The notes: a model not told the origin generated them from the letters alone. A DNA stretch of 64,000 nucleotides from an uncultured delta proteobacterium (GCA_963814585.1 CAWFDF010000010.1:64001-128000), one strand, 5' to 3'. Positions 19,103-33,178 are shown, counted from the first letter of the stretch. Made by a program: numbers and translations.

Positions 19103-20482
<1,380 letters not shown>

Positions 20483-20484
20483 GG

Positions 20485-21971
<1,487 letters not shown>

Positions 21972-21975
<4 letters not shown>

Positions 21976-22883
21976 GGCGGCGGGGTGTCCGATGGGGCCC
22001 GGGCCGGGAGCGGGGCGCCACCGAAGGCGTGGCAGGCGGCGCAGGCCTTCCCGGCGGCGTGGGCGCCGGCGCCGGCGTGGCAGCGGAGACAGGACGGCTC
22101 CTCGGCCTGCCAGGTGTGCGGCTGGTGGCAGTCGACGCAGTGCTGGTGGCCGGGCCGCGCGTGGAGGCCGCCCTTCTTCATCTCCTTGTGGCAGGTGGCG
22201 CAGGCCAGCGTGCCCTGGCCGGGTGGGGCGTGGGGCTTGTGGCAGGTGGCGCAGGCCATCTCCATGGCGCTGCCGTGATCGCTCATGGGGGCGTGGATCC
22301 CCTGCGCGGTGTGGCAGCGCATGCAGTCCCGGCGGGTCGGGAGCAGCCCGGTCTCGGTGGTGAGGAACTCGTGGCAGGCGAAGCAGTGGAGCCGGGTCAT
22401 GCCGGCCACGCCGATCAGGTGCTTGCCGTGGCACTCGACGCAGGCCGAGGTGACCGGCTCGAAGCCGTGGACGCTGGCGGCGTGGCACTTCACGCAGGCG
22501 ATGTGCTGCATGTCGACGTGGATCAGGTGGCCGCGCGAGGCCCCGATCTGCGGCCAGCGCGGGTCGTGGGAGAGGTGGCAGGCGGCGCAGGTGCCGACCT
22601 CGACCGCCGCGTGCTTCCCCGCCGGCAGCTTGCCGGCCAGGAAGGCCCGCAGCATGGCGACGCCCTGCTCCGGCGTGGCGTGGTGGCACTTCTGGCAGGA
22701 GACCGACTTGTGGCTGCCCTGCAGCCAGAGCGAGAACTCCGGGCTGGCGCGGTGGCAGGTGGCGCAGAGCCGCGGGTCCTCGTCGACGAACCTCTTGAAG
22801 CGGACGAAGCCGCCGACGCCCGCGGCGAGCAGGACGGCGGCGGCGGCGATGAGCAGGTACCGCGTGCCCGGGCCGAGGGTCAT
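21972..22883 (-). CDS. Membrane-anchored dodecaheme c-type cytochrome
   Basis: 12 CxxCH motifs in ~300 aa after an N-terminal hydrophobic segment; start uncertain (22883-22937). Confidence 0.88.
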
Positions 22884-23036
22884 GGATCGGGCCATCCTAC
22901 CCGCTTTCGGCTGATCCGGGCGGAGCGGCGCCGTCACCCCGTCACCCCGTCACCTGGAGCGAGGGCGACTCGAGGTCGGGGGATGCGGTGGCATCGTGCG
23001 CTGGCGCCACCAGGAGTCGGCGCCAGCGCGACCGGC

Positions 23037-24767
23037 CTACTTCAGCTTGTCCTTGATCTTCTCGTACTCGGCCGGGTGCTCGTGCTTCAGGTTGGCCACC
23101 GTGATGCGCCCGTTGAGCCAGGCCCAGTTCATCGGGAAGATCGAGGGCTTCAGGTGGACGTTGTAGAAGTGCACCACGAAGAGGAAGGTGATGGCCAGGG
23201 TGGCCTCCTCGCCGTGGATGATCTGCGCCGCCGTGATGATCCAGGCCGGCGCGTACTTGGCGAAGAAGACCGGGAACCAGAAGACGAACCCGGTGCCGAC
23301 CATCATGACGATGCCCCAGAACACCGCCCAGTAGTCGAACTTCTCCAGGTACATGTAGCGGTCGAACCGGGGACGGTCCTTCTTCAGGCCGAGCATGAAG
23401 AGGATGTTGTCCTTCATGTCCAGGGCGTCCTTGGGCACCGGCAGCATGGAGAGCGGCAGCCGCTTCTTGGAGGCCAGGAACGTCAGGTAGAAGAGGTGGT
23501 AGACCGACGAGATGATGATGAGCACCGCGCCGACGCGGTGCCAGATCGCGGCGCCCTCGGCCCCGCCGAAGAGCCTCATGAAGGCCTTCGAGTAGCCCGA
23601 GGCGTCGAGGTTGCCGATGAGCGGCGCGCCGGTGAAGACGCCGGCGCCGCGGAGCGGCCAGCCGGTCAGGCCGAGCAGGATGACGCCGCTGAGCATGAAC
23701 CAGTGCTGGGCCCGCTGGTGGATGTCGAACCGGATCACGCTCCTCATGTCGTCGGCGGTGACGCCGTGGCTCTTGGCGGCCATCCGCTGGCGCAGCTCGT
23801 AGACGAAGTCGATGAGGACGTGGAACGCGAAGAAGAGCAGCGTCAGCGTGGTCAGGTAGGAGAAGGCGACGTGGGTGACGTGCGGGACGACGTGGCCGCC
23901 GGTCTCCTGGATGGGCTTGTGGGCGATCAGGGTGGCGAAGTTGTCGGTCGCCCCCTCGTGGCAGCGGGCGCAGGTGTTCTTGCGGTTGCCCGCGAAGACC
24001 GGTGAGGCCGGGTCGCTCCGGGCGACGAGGCCGTGCGACCCGCCGGCCGACTTCTCGGAGGCGTGGCAGGAGACGCAGGCCGGGGCCACCGGGTTGCCGA
24101 CGCGCACCATCCGGCCGTGGATCGAGTCCTGGTAGGTGGCCTTGACCTCGGCGCTCATGCCCGCCGACCTGGCGAACTCCTCGTTGCCGTGGCAGGCCTC
24201 GCAGGTCTTCTGCATGGCGCGGCGGTCGGCCGGGACGGCGACCCGGGCGGTGGCGGAGGGGGCGTAGGGCTCCAGCTTCCTGGCCACCGTGTGCGGCGAG
24301 CCGTGGCAGCTGGCGCAGGTCGGGCCGGCCACCTTCACGTCCTCGCGCAGCCACCTGGCGTGGATCGACGTGCCGAAGAAGGCCCCGGCCGCCTCGGCGT
24401 GGCAGTTGGCGCAGCTCAGGTAGGCCGCCGGCGCCGTCACCTTCACCGCCTTCTCACCCTCGCCCCAGGTCGCCCTGGCCAGCCGGGCCAGGGTGGCCTG
24501 CTCGGCGGCGGAGCGCTTCGGCCCCTGCCCGTCGTGCGGGCCCTCGCCGTAGCCGTCGTGGCAGTCGAGGCAGGAGATCGAGTTCTGGCCGTGGACCGAG
24601 GCGGCGAAGAGCTTGTCGTCGACCTTGCGGCCGGTGCTGTCGTCGGCGTGGCAGGCGAGGCAGTCGGCGTCGCCGAGCTTCTTCGGCTCGGCCGCCTTGG
24701 CGGCGGCCCCGGCGGTGGTGGCCGCGGTGGCGAGGAGCAGCGAGACGACGAGGAGGAGTGGGCGCAT
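23037..24767 (-). CDS. Multiheme cytochrome c fused to FdnI/HydC-type cytochrome b (CbcL-like)
   Basis: Signal peptide, 7 CxxCH motifs, then RFDIHQRAQH, WHRVGA, EKFDYWAVFWG, IIHGEEA, VVHFYNVH, EHP cytochrome-b motifs. Confidence 0.88.
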   Translation of the reverse strand: MRPLLLVVSLLLATAATTAGAAAKAAEPKKLGDADCLACHADDSTGRKVDDKLFAASVHGQNSISCLDCHDGYGEGPHDGQGPKRSAAEQATLARLARATWGEGEKAVKVTAPAAYLSCANCHAEAAGAFFGTSIHARWLREDVKVAGPTCASCHGSPHTVARKLEPYAPSATARVAVPADRRAMQKTCEACHGNEEFARSAGMSAEVKATYQDSIHGRMVRVGNPVAPACVSCHASEKSAGGSHGLVARSDPASPVFAGNRKNTCARCHEGATDNFATLIAHKPIQETGGHVVPHVTHVAFSYLTTLTLLFFAFHVLIDFVYELRQRMAAKSHGVTADDMRSVIRFDIHQRAQHWFMLSGVILLGLTGWPLRGAGVFTGAPLIGNLDASGYSKAFMRLFGGAEGAAIWHRVGAVLIIISSVYHLFYLTFLASKKRLPLSMLPVPKDALDMKDNILFMLGLKKDRPRFDRYMYLEKFDYWAVFWGIVMMVGTGFVFWFPVFFAKYAPAWIITAAQIIHGEEATLAITFLFVVHFYNVHLKPSIFPMNWAWLNGRITVANLKHEHPAEYEKIKDKLK

Positions 24768-24819
24768 GGGGCTCGTTTCACAGGTGCGGCAAGGAGGGCA
24801 GGCACCTGAAAGGGGGCGG

Positions 24820-24860
24820 ATTCTATTCGGATCGGGCCGGACTGGGTTGATCGGTCGCAA
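24820..24860 (-). promoter_or_regulatory. Putative class II FNR/CRP-family promoter of the cytochrome operon
   Basis: TTGATCGGTCGCAA (24847-24860; 8/10 to TTGAT-N4-ATCAA) centred about -41 relative to a TAGAAT -10 box (24825-24820, minus strand). Confidence 0.55.
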
Positions 24861-24900
24861 CCCGGCAGGGCCCTGCGTCACCAAACCGCAGGACATGGAG

Positions 24901-24946
24901 GGAGCCCCGATCGGCCCCCCATGTGGTGGGGGCCGTTCGGGGCTCC
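24901..24946. terminator. Long GC-rich hairpin (terminator-like, no U-tract)
   Basis: GGAGCCCCGATCGGCCCCC...GGGGGCCGTTCGGGGCTCC inverted repeat downstream of the 24999-25301 gene. Confidence 0.45.
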
Positions 24947-24998
24947 GGGTCTCGGAACGCGGCCAGGCGCGCGAGGCGCGCGAGGCAGGAGCGTTCGC

Positions 24999-25301
24999 TT
25001 ATCCCTGGCTCTCCTGCGCCACCGGCTTGCGGGCCCCCGCGCCGGTGAGGACGCCGACGGCCGCGCCGGCGACGGCGCCGAGGACGGCGAAGAGCGAGGC
25101 GATGCCGGTGACGCCGAGCACCATGCCGAAGATGATGAGCCCCTTCACCAGGAAGGTGGGCTGGACCGGCGTGCCGACGATGCCGCCGGCCAGCAGCAGG
25201 CCCGCGTAGCCGCCGTAGAGGATGGCGGGGAGCAGCGCGACGGCGAGGAAGAGGGCGAGACCGATGCCGGCGCCGATGAGGCTGGGGAGCTTGCTCTGCA
25301 T
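24999..25301 (-). CDS. Small hydrophobic membrane protein (100 aa)
   Basis: MQSKLPSLIGAGIGLALFLAVALLPAILYGGYAG...; AAGGAGA RBS; typical codon usage. Confidence 0.8.
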   Translation of the reverse strand: MQSKLPSLIGAGIGLALFLAVALLPAILYGGYAGLLLAGGIVGTPVQPTFLVKGLIIFGMVLGVTGIASLFAVLGAVAGAAVGVLTGAGARKPVAQESQG

Positions 25302-25371
25302 GGTGTTCTCCTTGAGGAAGGTCAGGGGTTGGAGGGTCCCGGACATCGCGTCGTCCGTGCTCCTTCCTCTT

Positions 25372-25387
25372 TGCAGGGGCCTTGCCA
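25372..25387 (-). promoter_or_regulatory. Putative sigma-54 promoter
   Basis: Minus strand TGGCAAGGCCCCTGCA, GG-N10-GC spacing, ~70 nt upstream of ATG 25301. Confidence 0.6.
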
Positions 25388-25558
25388 AGGCGCCCGGAGC
25401 CTGAGAACGGGGGGTTGCGGAGGTGGGATGTCGGGAAACGCCGACGGGGTTCCGGGCGGGGGGACGCAGCGGCCGCGGTGAAGGCGCCTCCCCTTGCCGT
25501 CGACGGAGGGCGCCGCGCGAGCCTGGTGCGACGGGGGCGGTGCGACGGGGCGGAGCGA

Positions 25559-26689
<1,131 letters not shown>

Positions 26690-26789
26690 TCACGGTGGCC
26701 TCCGGCGGGGCCGTCCCGCCCCCGCGAAATGGCGAGGGCCGGTCCGCGACGGACCGGCCCCCCTGTCCAGCAGCGGCTCGGGCGAAGGT

Positions 26790-27236
26790 TCAGGCCTCGG
26801 CCTCCACCTTGACCCTGGCCTTGCCGACCACCTCGTGGTGCAGCTTCACCGGCACCTCGAAGGCGCCGAGCGTCTTGATGGGCTCGGCGAGGTCGATGGA
26901 GCGGCGGTCGAGTTGCAGGCCGCGAGCGGCCAGCGCCTCGGCGATGTCGCTGGCTGTGACCGAGCCGAACAGCTTGTCCTGCTCGCCGGCCTTCCGCTTC
27001 AGCACCACCGGGGTCTCGGCGAGCCGCTTGGCGACCGCCTCGGCCGAGGCCTTGAGCTTGGCCGCCTTGGCGGAGGCCACCGACTTCTGGTGCTCCAGCT
27101 CACGCACGTTCTTGGTGTTGGCCACCACCGCCAGCCCCCGGGGGAGCAGGAAGTTCCGGCCGTAGCCGGGCTTGACGTCGACGAGGTCGCCGCCCTTGCC
27201 CAGGTTCTCCACGTCTTCGCGAAGGATGAGCTTCAT
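26790..27236 (-). CDS. rplI: 50S ribosomal protein L9
   Basis: [42 protein letters not shown]. Confidence 0.97.
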   Translation of the reverse strand: MKLILREDVENLGKGGDLVDVKPGYGRNFLLPRGLAVVANTKNVRELEHQKSVASAKAAKLKASAEAVAKRLAETPVVLKRKAGEQDKLFGSVTASDIAEALAARGLQLDRRSIDLAEPIKTLGAFEVPVKLHHEVVGKARVKVEAEA

Positions 27237-27245
27237 GGCGGCCTC

Positions 27246-27662
27246 CTACGGCGTCCCCGCCGCGTAGGGCAGGATGGCGAGCATGCGGGCGCGCTTGATG
27301 GCCGTGGCGATCTCGCGCTGGTGCTTGGCGCAGTTCCCGCTGATGCGGCGGGGGATGATCTTGCCGCGCTCGGTGAGGAAGTACTTGAGCGCCTGCTGGT
27401 CCTTGTAGTCGACCTGGAGGGCCTTGTCGGCGCAGAACCGGCAGACCTTGCGCCGGCCGAAGCCGCGGCCACGGCCGCCGTCCTCGCCGCCGCGGTCACC
27501 GTGCTCGCCGCGCTCCTCGCGGTCGCCGCCGCGGCCGCCGCCGAAGGACTTGCCCCCGCCGCCGTAGCCGCCGCCGCCACCACCGCCGTAGCCGCCTCCG
27601 CCTCCGCCGCCGTAGCCACCACCGCCGCCGAAGGACTTCCCACCACTGTCAGGACGGGCCAT
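27246..27662 (-). CDS. rpsR: 30S ribosomal protein S18 with a Gly-rich N-terminal extension
   Basis: RRKVCRFC...DYKD...[20 protein letters not shown]...AIKRAR. Confidence 0.96.
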   Translation of the reverse strand: MARPDSGGKSFGGGGGYGGGGGGGYGGGGGGGYGGGGKSFGGGRGGDREERGEHGDRGGEDGGRGRGFGRRKVCRFCADKALQVDYKDQQALKYFLTERGKIIPRRISGNCAKHQREIATAIKRARMLAILPYAAGTP

Positions 27663-27665
27663 GGC

Positions 27666-28118
27666 TTACTCCTCCCCTCGCTCGAAGTTCTCGGCCTCGA
27701 AGCCCTCGTCGCGCTCGCCGAAGGTGCGCTCCTCGCGCGGCTTCGGCTCGTCCTCGACGGGCTGGATCTTGACGTCGGCCTCGACCTGCCGGGCGTCGAA
27801 GTCGACGTCCTCGGCGATCTTGACCGACTGGAACTTGGTGACGAGGTCGATCATGCGCAGGTTGCGCTCGAGCTCGGCCACCAGTCCGGCCTTCCCCAGG
27901 TAGAGGCACTGCATGTAGAGGGCGCGCCCGGTCTTGGCCACCGGGAAGGCGGTCTTCCGCTTCCCCTGGTTGGTGAACCGGATCACCTTCCCGCCCTCGC
28001 GGTTGACCACCCCACGGAGGCGCTCCTTGATCTCCTCCACCTGGTCGTCAGGCGTCTCCGCCTTGAGCAGGTAGACCGTCTCGTACTCACGGACGAGACG
28101 CTTCGTCGCTTCGGCCAT
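27666..28118 (-). CDS. rpsF: 30S ribosomal protein S6
   Basis: REYETVYLL...GKRKTAFPV...ELERNLR; position before rpsR; GAGGGGAG RBS. Confidence 0.93.
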   Translation of the reverse strand: MAEATKRLVREYETVYLLKAETPDDQVEEIKERLRGVVNREGGKVIRFTNQGKRKTAFPVAKTGRALYMQCLYLGKAGLVAELERNLRMIDLVTKFQSVKIAEDVDFDARQVEADVKIQPVEDEPKPREERTFGERDEGFEAENFERGEE

Positions 28119-28123
28119 CGGTA

Positions 28124-28165
28124 CTCCCCTCGGATTCACAGCGGCGGTTCACCCGCCGCGAGGAG
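28124..28165 (-). promoter_or_regulatory. Putative S6:S18 ribosomal protein leader structure
   Basis: CUCCUCG can pair with the SD-containing CGAGGGGAG, enclosing the hairpin GCGGCGG-GUGAA-CCGCCGC; CCG lies next to the SD. Confidence 0.45.
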
Positions 28166-28222
28166 CCAGCTGTTCACGCGTCCCGGGTGCACCATGCACC
28201 CGGCGCCGCGCCCTGCCTGCTG

Positions 28223-28798
28223 CTACGCCGGCTCGCGCCGGCGGTTCACCTGGTTCATCGCCTTCGACGCACCCAGCTCACAGGTGAGCCGGGTCGCCTC
28301 CGCCGCCCACGCCACGCAGCCTTCCAGCGCCGCGTCGTCGGCCCGGGGGAAGCGGCCGAGCACGTAGTCGGCCGGGTCCACCTGGTCTGGCGGGCGCCCC
28401 ACGCCGACGCGCACTCGCGCGTAGTCGGGAGAGCCCACATGGGCGTTCACGCTCCTCAGTCCGTTGTGCCCGCCGTGGCCACCGCCGACCTTGAGCTGGA
28501 CCCGGAACGGCTCCAGCTCCATGTCGTCGTGGACCACCACGAGGTCGTCCAGCTGCAGCTTCCAGAACTTCAAGGCCGGCCCGACCGCCTCGCCGGAGTG
28601 GTTCATGAAGCCCTGAGGCTTCATGATCCAGATCCGCTCGCCGCCGGACCGGGCCTCGGCCAGCTCCGCCCCGAACTTCTCGGAGGCGAAGCGGGCCCCG
28701 AGGTGACCCGCCAGGTGGTCGGCCACCAGCCAGCCGACGTTGTGGCGGGTCCGCGCGTAGGCGTCCCCGGGGTTGCCGAGTGCGACGACGAGCTTCAC
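28223..28798 (-). CDS. pth: Peptidyl-tRNA hydrolase
   Basis: [44 protein letters not shown]. Confidence 0.96.
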   Translation of the reverse strand: MKLVVALGNPGDAYARTRHNVGWLVADHLAGHLGARFASEKFGAELAEARSGGERIWIMKPQGFMNHSGEAVGPALKFWKLQLDDLVVVHDDMELEPFRVQLKVGGGHGGHNGLRSVNAHVGSPDYARVRVGVGRPPDQVDPADYVLGRFPRADDAALEGCVAWAAEATRLTCELGASKAMNQVNRRREPA

Positions 28799-28803
28799 GA
28801 GCG

Positions 28804-29553
28804 CTACTTCTTCTTCTCGCCGCCCTTGGCCGCCGGGGCCGCCGCCGGAGCGGCGCCCTTGGCGCCCGCCGCCGGAGCCGCGCCGGCCGCCGGAGCCGCA
28901 GCCGCGGCGCCAGGGGCACCTGGAGCGCCCGGTGCGCCAGCCACCGGAGCCGCGCCCTCCACGCCCGGAACGGCCGCCACCGCGGCGACGACCTCCTCCT
29001 TCTCGGGGATGGCGACGAAGGCGATGACGATGTCGGACTGGTAGACGAACGAGCAGCCCTCGGGGGCCTTCAGCTCGGAGATGTGGATCGAGGCGCCGAT
29101 CTTGAGGTCGGTGACGTCGACGTCGATCTTGAGCGGGATCTTGGTGGGCAGCGCCTTGACCACGATGTCGTGGGTGGCGACCGAGAGGATGCCGCCCTCG
29201 GCGGCGCCGATGGCCTTGCCGACGATGGCGACCGGGACCTCGACCTTGACCGGCTCGTCGAGGCTCACCTCGAGGAAGTCGGCGTGGAGGAGCCGGCGGG
29301 TCACCGGATCGACCTGGTAGTCCTTGAAGAGCACGAAGCTCTCGCCGCCGGCCACCTGGAGGGTGAGGAGCGTGTTGAACTTGTGCGGGGTCTCGATGGC
29401 CTTGAGCAGGAAGGCCGGATCGAGAGAGAGGTGCTTGGGCTCTCCCTTGCGGCCGTAGACCACGGCGGGGATGAGGCCCTTCTGGCGGAGCCGCCGGGCC
29501 GGGCCCTTGCCCTTGCCTTCACGCTGCTCCGCGTTGAGTACGATCTTCTCCAT
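28804..29553 (-). CDS. rplY: 50S ribosomal protein L25/general stress protein Ctc
   Basis: [34 protein letters not shown], Ala/Pro-rich tail; GGAGG RBS. Confidence 0.95.
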   Translation of the reverse strand: MEKIVLNAEQREGKGKGPARRLRQKGLIPAVVYGRKGEPKHLSLDPAFLLKAIETPHKFNTLLTLQVAGGESFVLFKDYQVDPVTRRLLHADFLEVSLDEPVKVEVPVAIVGKAIGAAEGGILSVATHDIVVKALPTKIPLKIDVDVTDLKIGASIHISELKAPEGCSFVYQSDIVIAFVAIPEKEEVVAAVAAVPGVEGAAPVAGAPGAPGAPGAAAAAPAAGAAPAAGAKGAAPAAAPAAKGGEKKK

Positions 29554-29768
29554 GGTGCCTCCCAATGGACTCGTGCCGGCCGCATGATCGGCTCGGGCGA
29601 GGGGCGACGCCTGGCGGCGGCGGCCCTGGGTTGGTGTCGAGAAGGAGCCCGGTGATCTGGAACCCCAAGGAAGGCGGGTGATTACCCGATCCAGGGGTGT
29701 GGGGTCAAGGGCCTGACCATTTCCGGAGCCCCTCGCTTCGTGATTTGCTGATAAGCCGTCTCCCCGCC

Positions 29769-31787
29769 ATGGCTTCTCCCGACCCCCCGGCAGCCGTCGA
29801 TGCCAAGGCCGCTGCACCGGCGGCCCAGGACGCGCTGATCCAGACCCGCAGCGACCTCCCGGCCGTCGCCGAGGCGCTGCACGCCCCGGAGGATCACGCC
29901 CGGGCCGCGCCCCACGGCGGCGCGCTGGCGGCGCTGGCGCTCGGGGCGCTGGGGGTGGTCTACGGCGACATCGGCACCAGCCCGCTCTACGCGCTGAAGG
30001 AGTGCTTCACCGGCGCGCACGGCGTCGACCCGACGCCGTCGAACGTGCTCGGCGTCCTCTCGCTGGTCTTCTGGGCCATGACCTTCGTGGTCACGTTCAA
30101 GTACCTGTCCTTCGTCATGCGCGCCGACAACCGGGGCGAGGGCGGCATCCTGGCCCTGCAGGCGCTGGTCTCGCGCAAGGATCCCAACCGGCGCGGCCGC
30201 AAGGTGCTCCTGCTGCTCGGCCTCTTCGGCGCCGCGCTGCTCTACGGCGACGGCGTCATCACCCCGGCCATCTCGGTCCTCTCCGCGGTGGAGGGCGTGG
30301 CGGTGGCGGCCCCGGCCCTGACCCCGCTGGTGGTGCCGCTCACCGTGCTCCTCCTGGCCGGACTCTTCCTCCTCCAGCGCTCCGGAACGGCGCGGGTCGG
30401 GTCGATCTTCGGCCCGGTCATGCTGGTCTGGTTCGCCACCATCGGGGCGCTGGGCGTCCACGGCATCCTGCAGGACCCCTCGGTGCTGGCCGCGGTCAAC
30501 CCCCTCCACGGCATCCGCTTCTTCGGGCAGAACGGCGGGCACGGCTTCCTGGTGCTGGGCGCGGTGGTCCTCTGCATCACCGGCGGCGAGGCGCTCTACG
30601 CCGACATGGGCCACTTCGGGAAGCGCCCCATCCGCCTCGCCTGGCTCGGGCTGGCCATGCCGGCGCTGATCCTCAACTACTTCGGGCAGGGCGCGCTGCT
30701 GCTCCACGAGCCCGCGGCGCGCGAGAACCCCTTCTTCCTGCTGGCCCCCTCCTGGGCCATCTACCCGCTCATCGGCATCGCCACCATGGCCACCATCGTG
30801 GCCTCCCAGGCGCTCATCTCGGGCGCCTTCTCGCTGACCCACCAGGCGGTGCAGCTCGGCTACTGCCCACGCATCACCGTGAGGCACACCTCGAGCACCG
30901 AGATCGGCCAGATCTACGTGCCGGAGGTGAACTGGGCCATCGGGAGCGCCTGCATCGCGCTGGTGCTCGGCTTCAAGAGCTCGTCCAACCTGGCCGCCGC
31001 CTACGGCATCGCCGTCACCGGGACCATGGCCATCACCACGCTGCTCTTCCACCGCGTCATGCGCGACCTGTGGAGCTGGCCGCGCTGGAAGACCTGGCCG
31101 CTCACCGTGGCCTTCCTGGCGGTGGACCTCTCCTTCTTCGGCGCCAACATCGTGAAGTTCGAGGAGGGAGGCTGGGTCCCCATCGTCTCGGCCATCGCGG
31201 TCTTCACGCTCATGTCGACCTGGAAGCAGGGGCGCACGGTGCTGGGCGCCATGCTGCGCGACGCCGGCCTTCCGCTCGAGCTCTTCCTCGCCGACGTGGT
31301 GCGCCGCCAGCCGGTGCGCATCCCCGGGACGGCGGTCTTCATGACCTCCAACCTGGGCAGCGCCCCGCCGGTGATGCTCCACCACGTCAAGCACAACAAG
31401 GTGCTCCACGAGCGGATCATCCTGGTCTCGGTGCTCACCGAGGAGGTGCCGGCGGTGCCCGAGACCGAGCGGGTGGTGGCCCGTGACCTGGGGAGCGGCT
31501 TCTTCCAGGTGGTGGCGCACTACGGCTTCATGGAGCAGCCCAACATCCCGTCCCTGCTCGAGTCGCTGGCCACGCGCGAGGGGGCGGGGACCCGGCTGGA
31601 GGTGAAGCCGCTGGAGGTCTCCTACTACCTGGGGCGAGAGACGCTGCTCTCCACCGGCACGGCGAAGCTGGCCACCTGGCGCAAGAAGCTCTTCATCGTC
31701 ATGTCGCGCAACTCGGCGACGGCCAGCGCCTTCTTCGGGCTGCCGCCCAACCGCGTGGTCGAGCTGGGGGCGCAGATCCAGCTGTAG
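29769..31787 (+). CDS. kup: KUP/HAK/KT potassium transporter
   Basis: GVVYGDIGTSPLY, ADNRGEGG, GDGVITPAISVLSAVEG, GGEALYADMGHFG, GQIYVPEVNW, NRVVELG. Confidence 0.96.
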   Translation: MASPDPPAAVDAKAAAPAAQDALIQTRSDLPAVAEALHAPEDHARAAPHGGALAALALGALGVVYGDIGTSPLYALKECFTGAHGVDPTPSNVLGVLSLVFWAMTFVVTFKYLSFVMRADNRGEGGILALQALVSRKDPNRRGRKVLLLLGLFGAALLYGDGVITPAISVLSAVEGVAVAAPALTPLVVPLTVLLLAGLFLLQRSGTARVGSIFGPVMLVWFATIGALGVHGILQDPSVLAAVNPLHGIRFFGQNGGHGFLVLGAVVLCITGGEALYADMGHFGKRPIRLAWLGLAMPALILNYFGQGALLLHEPAARENPFFLLAPSWAIYPLIGIATMATIVASQALISGAFSLTHQAVQLGYCPRITVRHTSSTEIGQIYVPEVNWAIGSACIALVLGFKSSSNLAAAYGIAVTGTMAITTLLFHRVMRDLWSWPRWKTWPLTVAFLAVDLSFFGANIVKFEEGGWVPIVSAIAVFTLMSTWKQGRTVLGAMLRDAGLPLELFLADVVRRQPVRIPGTAVFMTSNLGSAPPVMLHHVKHNKVLHERIILVSVLTEEVPAVPETERVVARDLGSGFFQVVAHYGFMEQPNIPSLLESLATREGAGTRLEVKPLEVSYYLGRETLLSTGTAKLATWRKKLFIVMSRNSATASAFFGLPPNRVVELGAQIQL

Positions 31788-32036
31788 GTCGAGGCCACGC
31801 CCGCCCGTCGCCGGAGCGCGGTCGCTCTCGCGGCGTCGCCGCCCTCCGCTCCGGGACGCGGTCGCCCCCGCCGGCTCGTCGCGCCTGCGGCGCGCCGTCT
31901 CGCCAGCAGCGAGTCCGCTCGGCCGGGCGCTGCTGGGGCTGCGACGCTCGCCTGCGGGGTGACCGCGCCCCTGCGCATCGGGCTGCCAGGTGGGCGTCGC
32001 GCTTCCGGAGCGCCGTTCGTCGCCGGGCCGCGGGCG

Positions 32037-33002
32037 CTACACGAACAGGCTGCTGAGCGAGTCGCCGCCGTGGATCCGCTTGATGGCCTCGGCGAAGAGC
32101 GGGGCGCAGGAGAGCGCGCGGATCTTGGTGCAGGCGGCCGCGGTCGGCGAGAGCGGGATCGAGTCGGTCACCACCACCTCCTCGATGGGGCTCTTCTGGA
32201 TCCGCTCCACCGCCGGGCCGGAGAGCACGGCGTGGCTGGCGTAGGCGAAGACCCGGGCCGCCCCCTTGTCCACCAGCGCGTTGGCGGCCTGGGTCAGCGT
32301 GCCGGCGGTGTCGACCATGTCGTCGAGCAGCACCGCCGACTTGCCGGCCACGTCGCCGATGACGTTGAGCACCTCGGCCACGTTGGCCTTGAGCCGCCGC
32401 TTGTCGACGATGCAGAGGGCGGCGCCGAGCCGCTTCGAGTAGGCGCGGGCCCGCTCCACGCCGCCGGCGTCGGGCGAGACGATGACCAGCTCGTCGGCCT
32501 TGCCCTCGAACCGCCGGCGCATGTGGTCGAGCAGCACCGGCGCGGCGTAGAGGTGGTCGAAGGGGATGTTGAAGAAGCCCTGGATCTGCCCGGCGTGCAT
32601 GTCCATCGAGACCACCCGGGTGGCGCCGGCCGCCTCGAGCAGGTCGGCCACCAGCTTGGCGGTGATGGGGCTGCGCGAGGCCACCTTGCGATCCTGGCGG
32701 GCGTAGCCGTAGTAGGGGATGACGGCGTTGATGGTGCCGGCCGACGCGCGCTTGAGCGCGTCGATCATGATGAGCAGCTCCATCAGGTTGACGTTGGCGT
32801 CGGAGCAGGTGGACTGGATGATGTAGGTGTCCTGCCCGCGGATGTTGTCGCCGATCTCGACCTGGATCTCGCCGTCGGAGAAGCGGCCCACCATGGCGGC
32901 CGAGAGCGGGCGCCCCAGCGTGGCGGCGATGGCCTCGGCCAGCGGGCGGTTCGAGTTGCCGGCGAAGAGCTTGTAGTCGGGCCTGGAACCGTTGGCGGAC
33001 AT
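32037..33002 (-). CDS. prs: Ribose-phosphate pyrophosphokinase
   Basis: [48 protein letters not shown]. Confidence 0.96.
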   Translation of the reverse strand: MSANGSRPDYKLFAGNSNRPLAEAIAATLGRPLSAAMVGRFSDGEIQVEIGDNIRGQDTYIIQSTCSDANVNLMELLIMIDALKRASAGTINAVIPYYGYARQDRKVASRSPITAKLVADLLEAAGATRVVSMDMHAGQIQGFFNIPFDHLYAAPVLLDHMRRRFEGKADELVIVSPDAGGVERARAYSKRLGAALCIVDKRRLKANVAEVLNVIGDVAGKSAVLLDDMVDTAGTLTQAANALVDKGAARVFAYASHAVLSGPAVERIQKSPIEEVVVTDSIPLSPTAAACTKIRALSCAPLFAEAIKRIHGGDSLSSLFV

Positions 33003-33124
33003 CCGCACCCCCTCTGGAGGAGCCGCCTCAATAGCAGACCGGGGCGACCGGCGTCGACGACCGCGTGCGGCGGATCCACAACCCGCCGCGCCGGCTGGAA
33101 GAACCGGGCGCTGGCCCGGGAGGC

Positions 33125-33178
33125 GGTGCCTCGACCCAGGCAAGATGACGTGACGAGAGAGCCGAGACCGAAGCGAGG
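33125..33178 (+). repeat. Half copy of the 11944-12058 MITE-like element
   Basis: Ungapped match to 11944-11997, 44/54 identical; core CCCAGGCAAGRTGACGTGACGAGAGAGCCGA 30/31. Confidence 0.8.
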
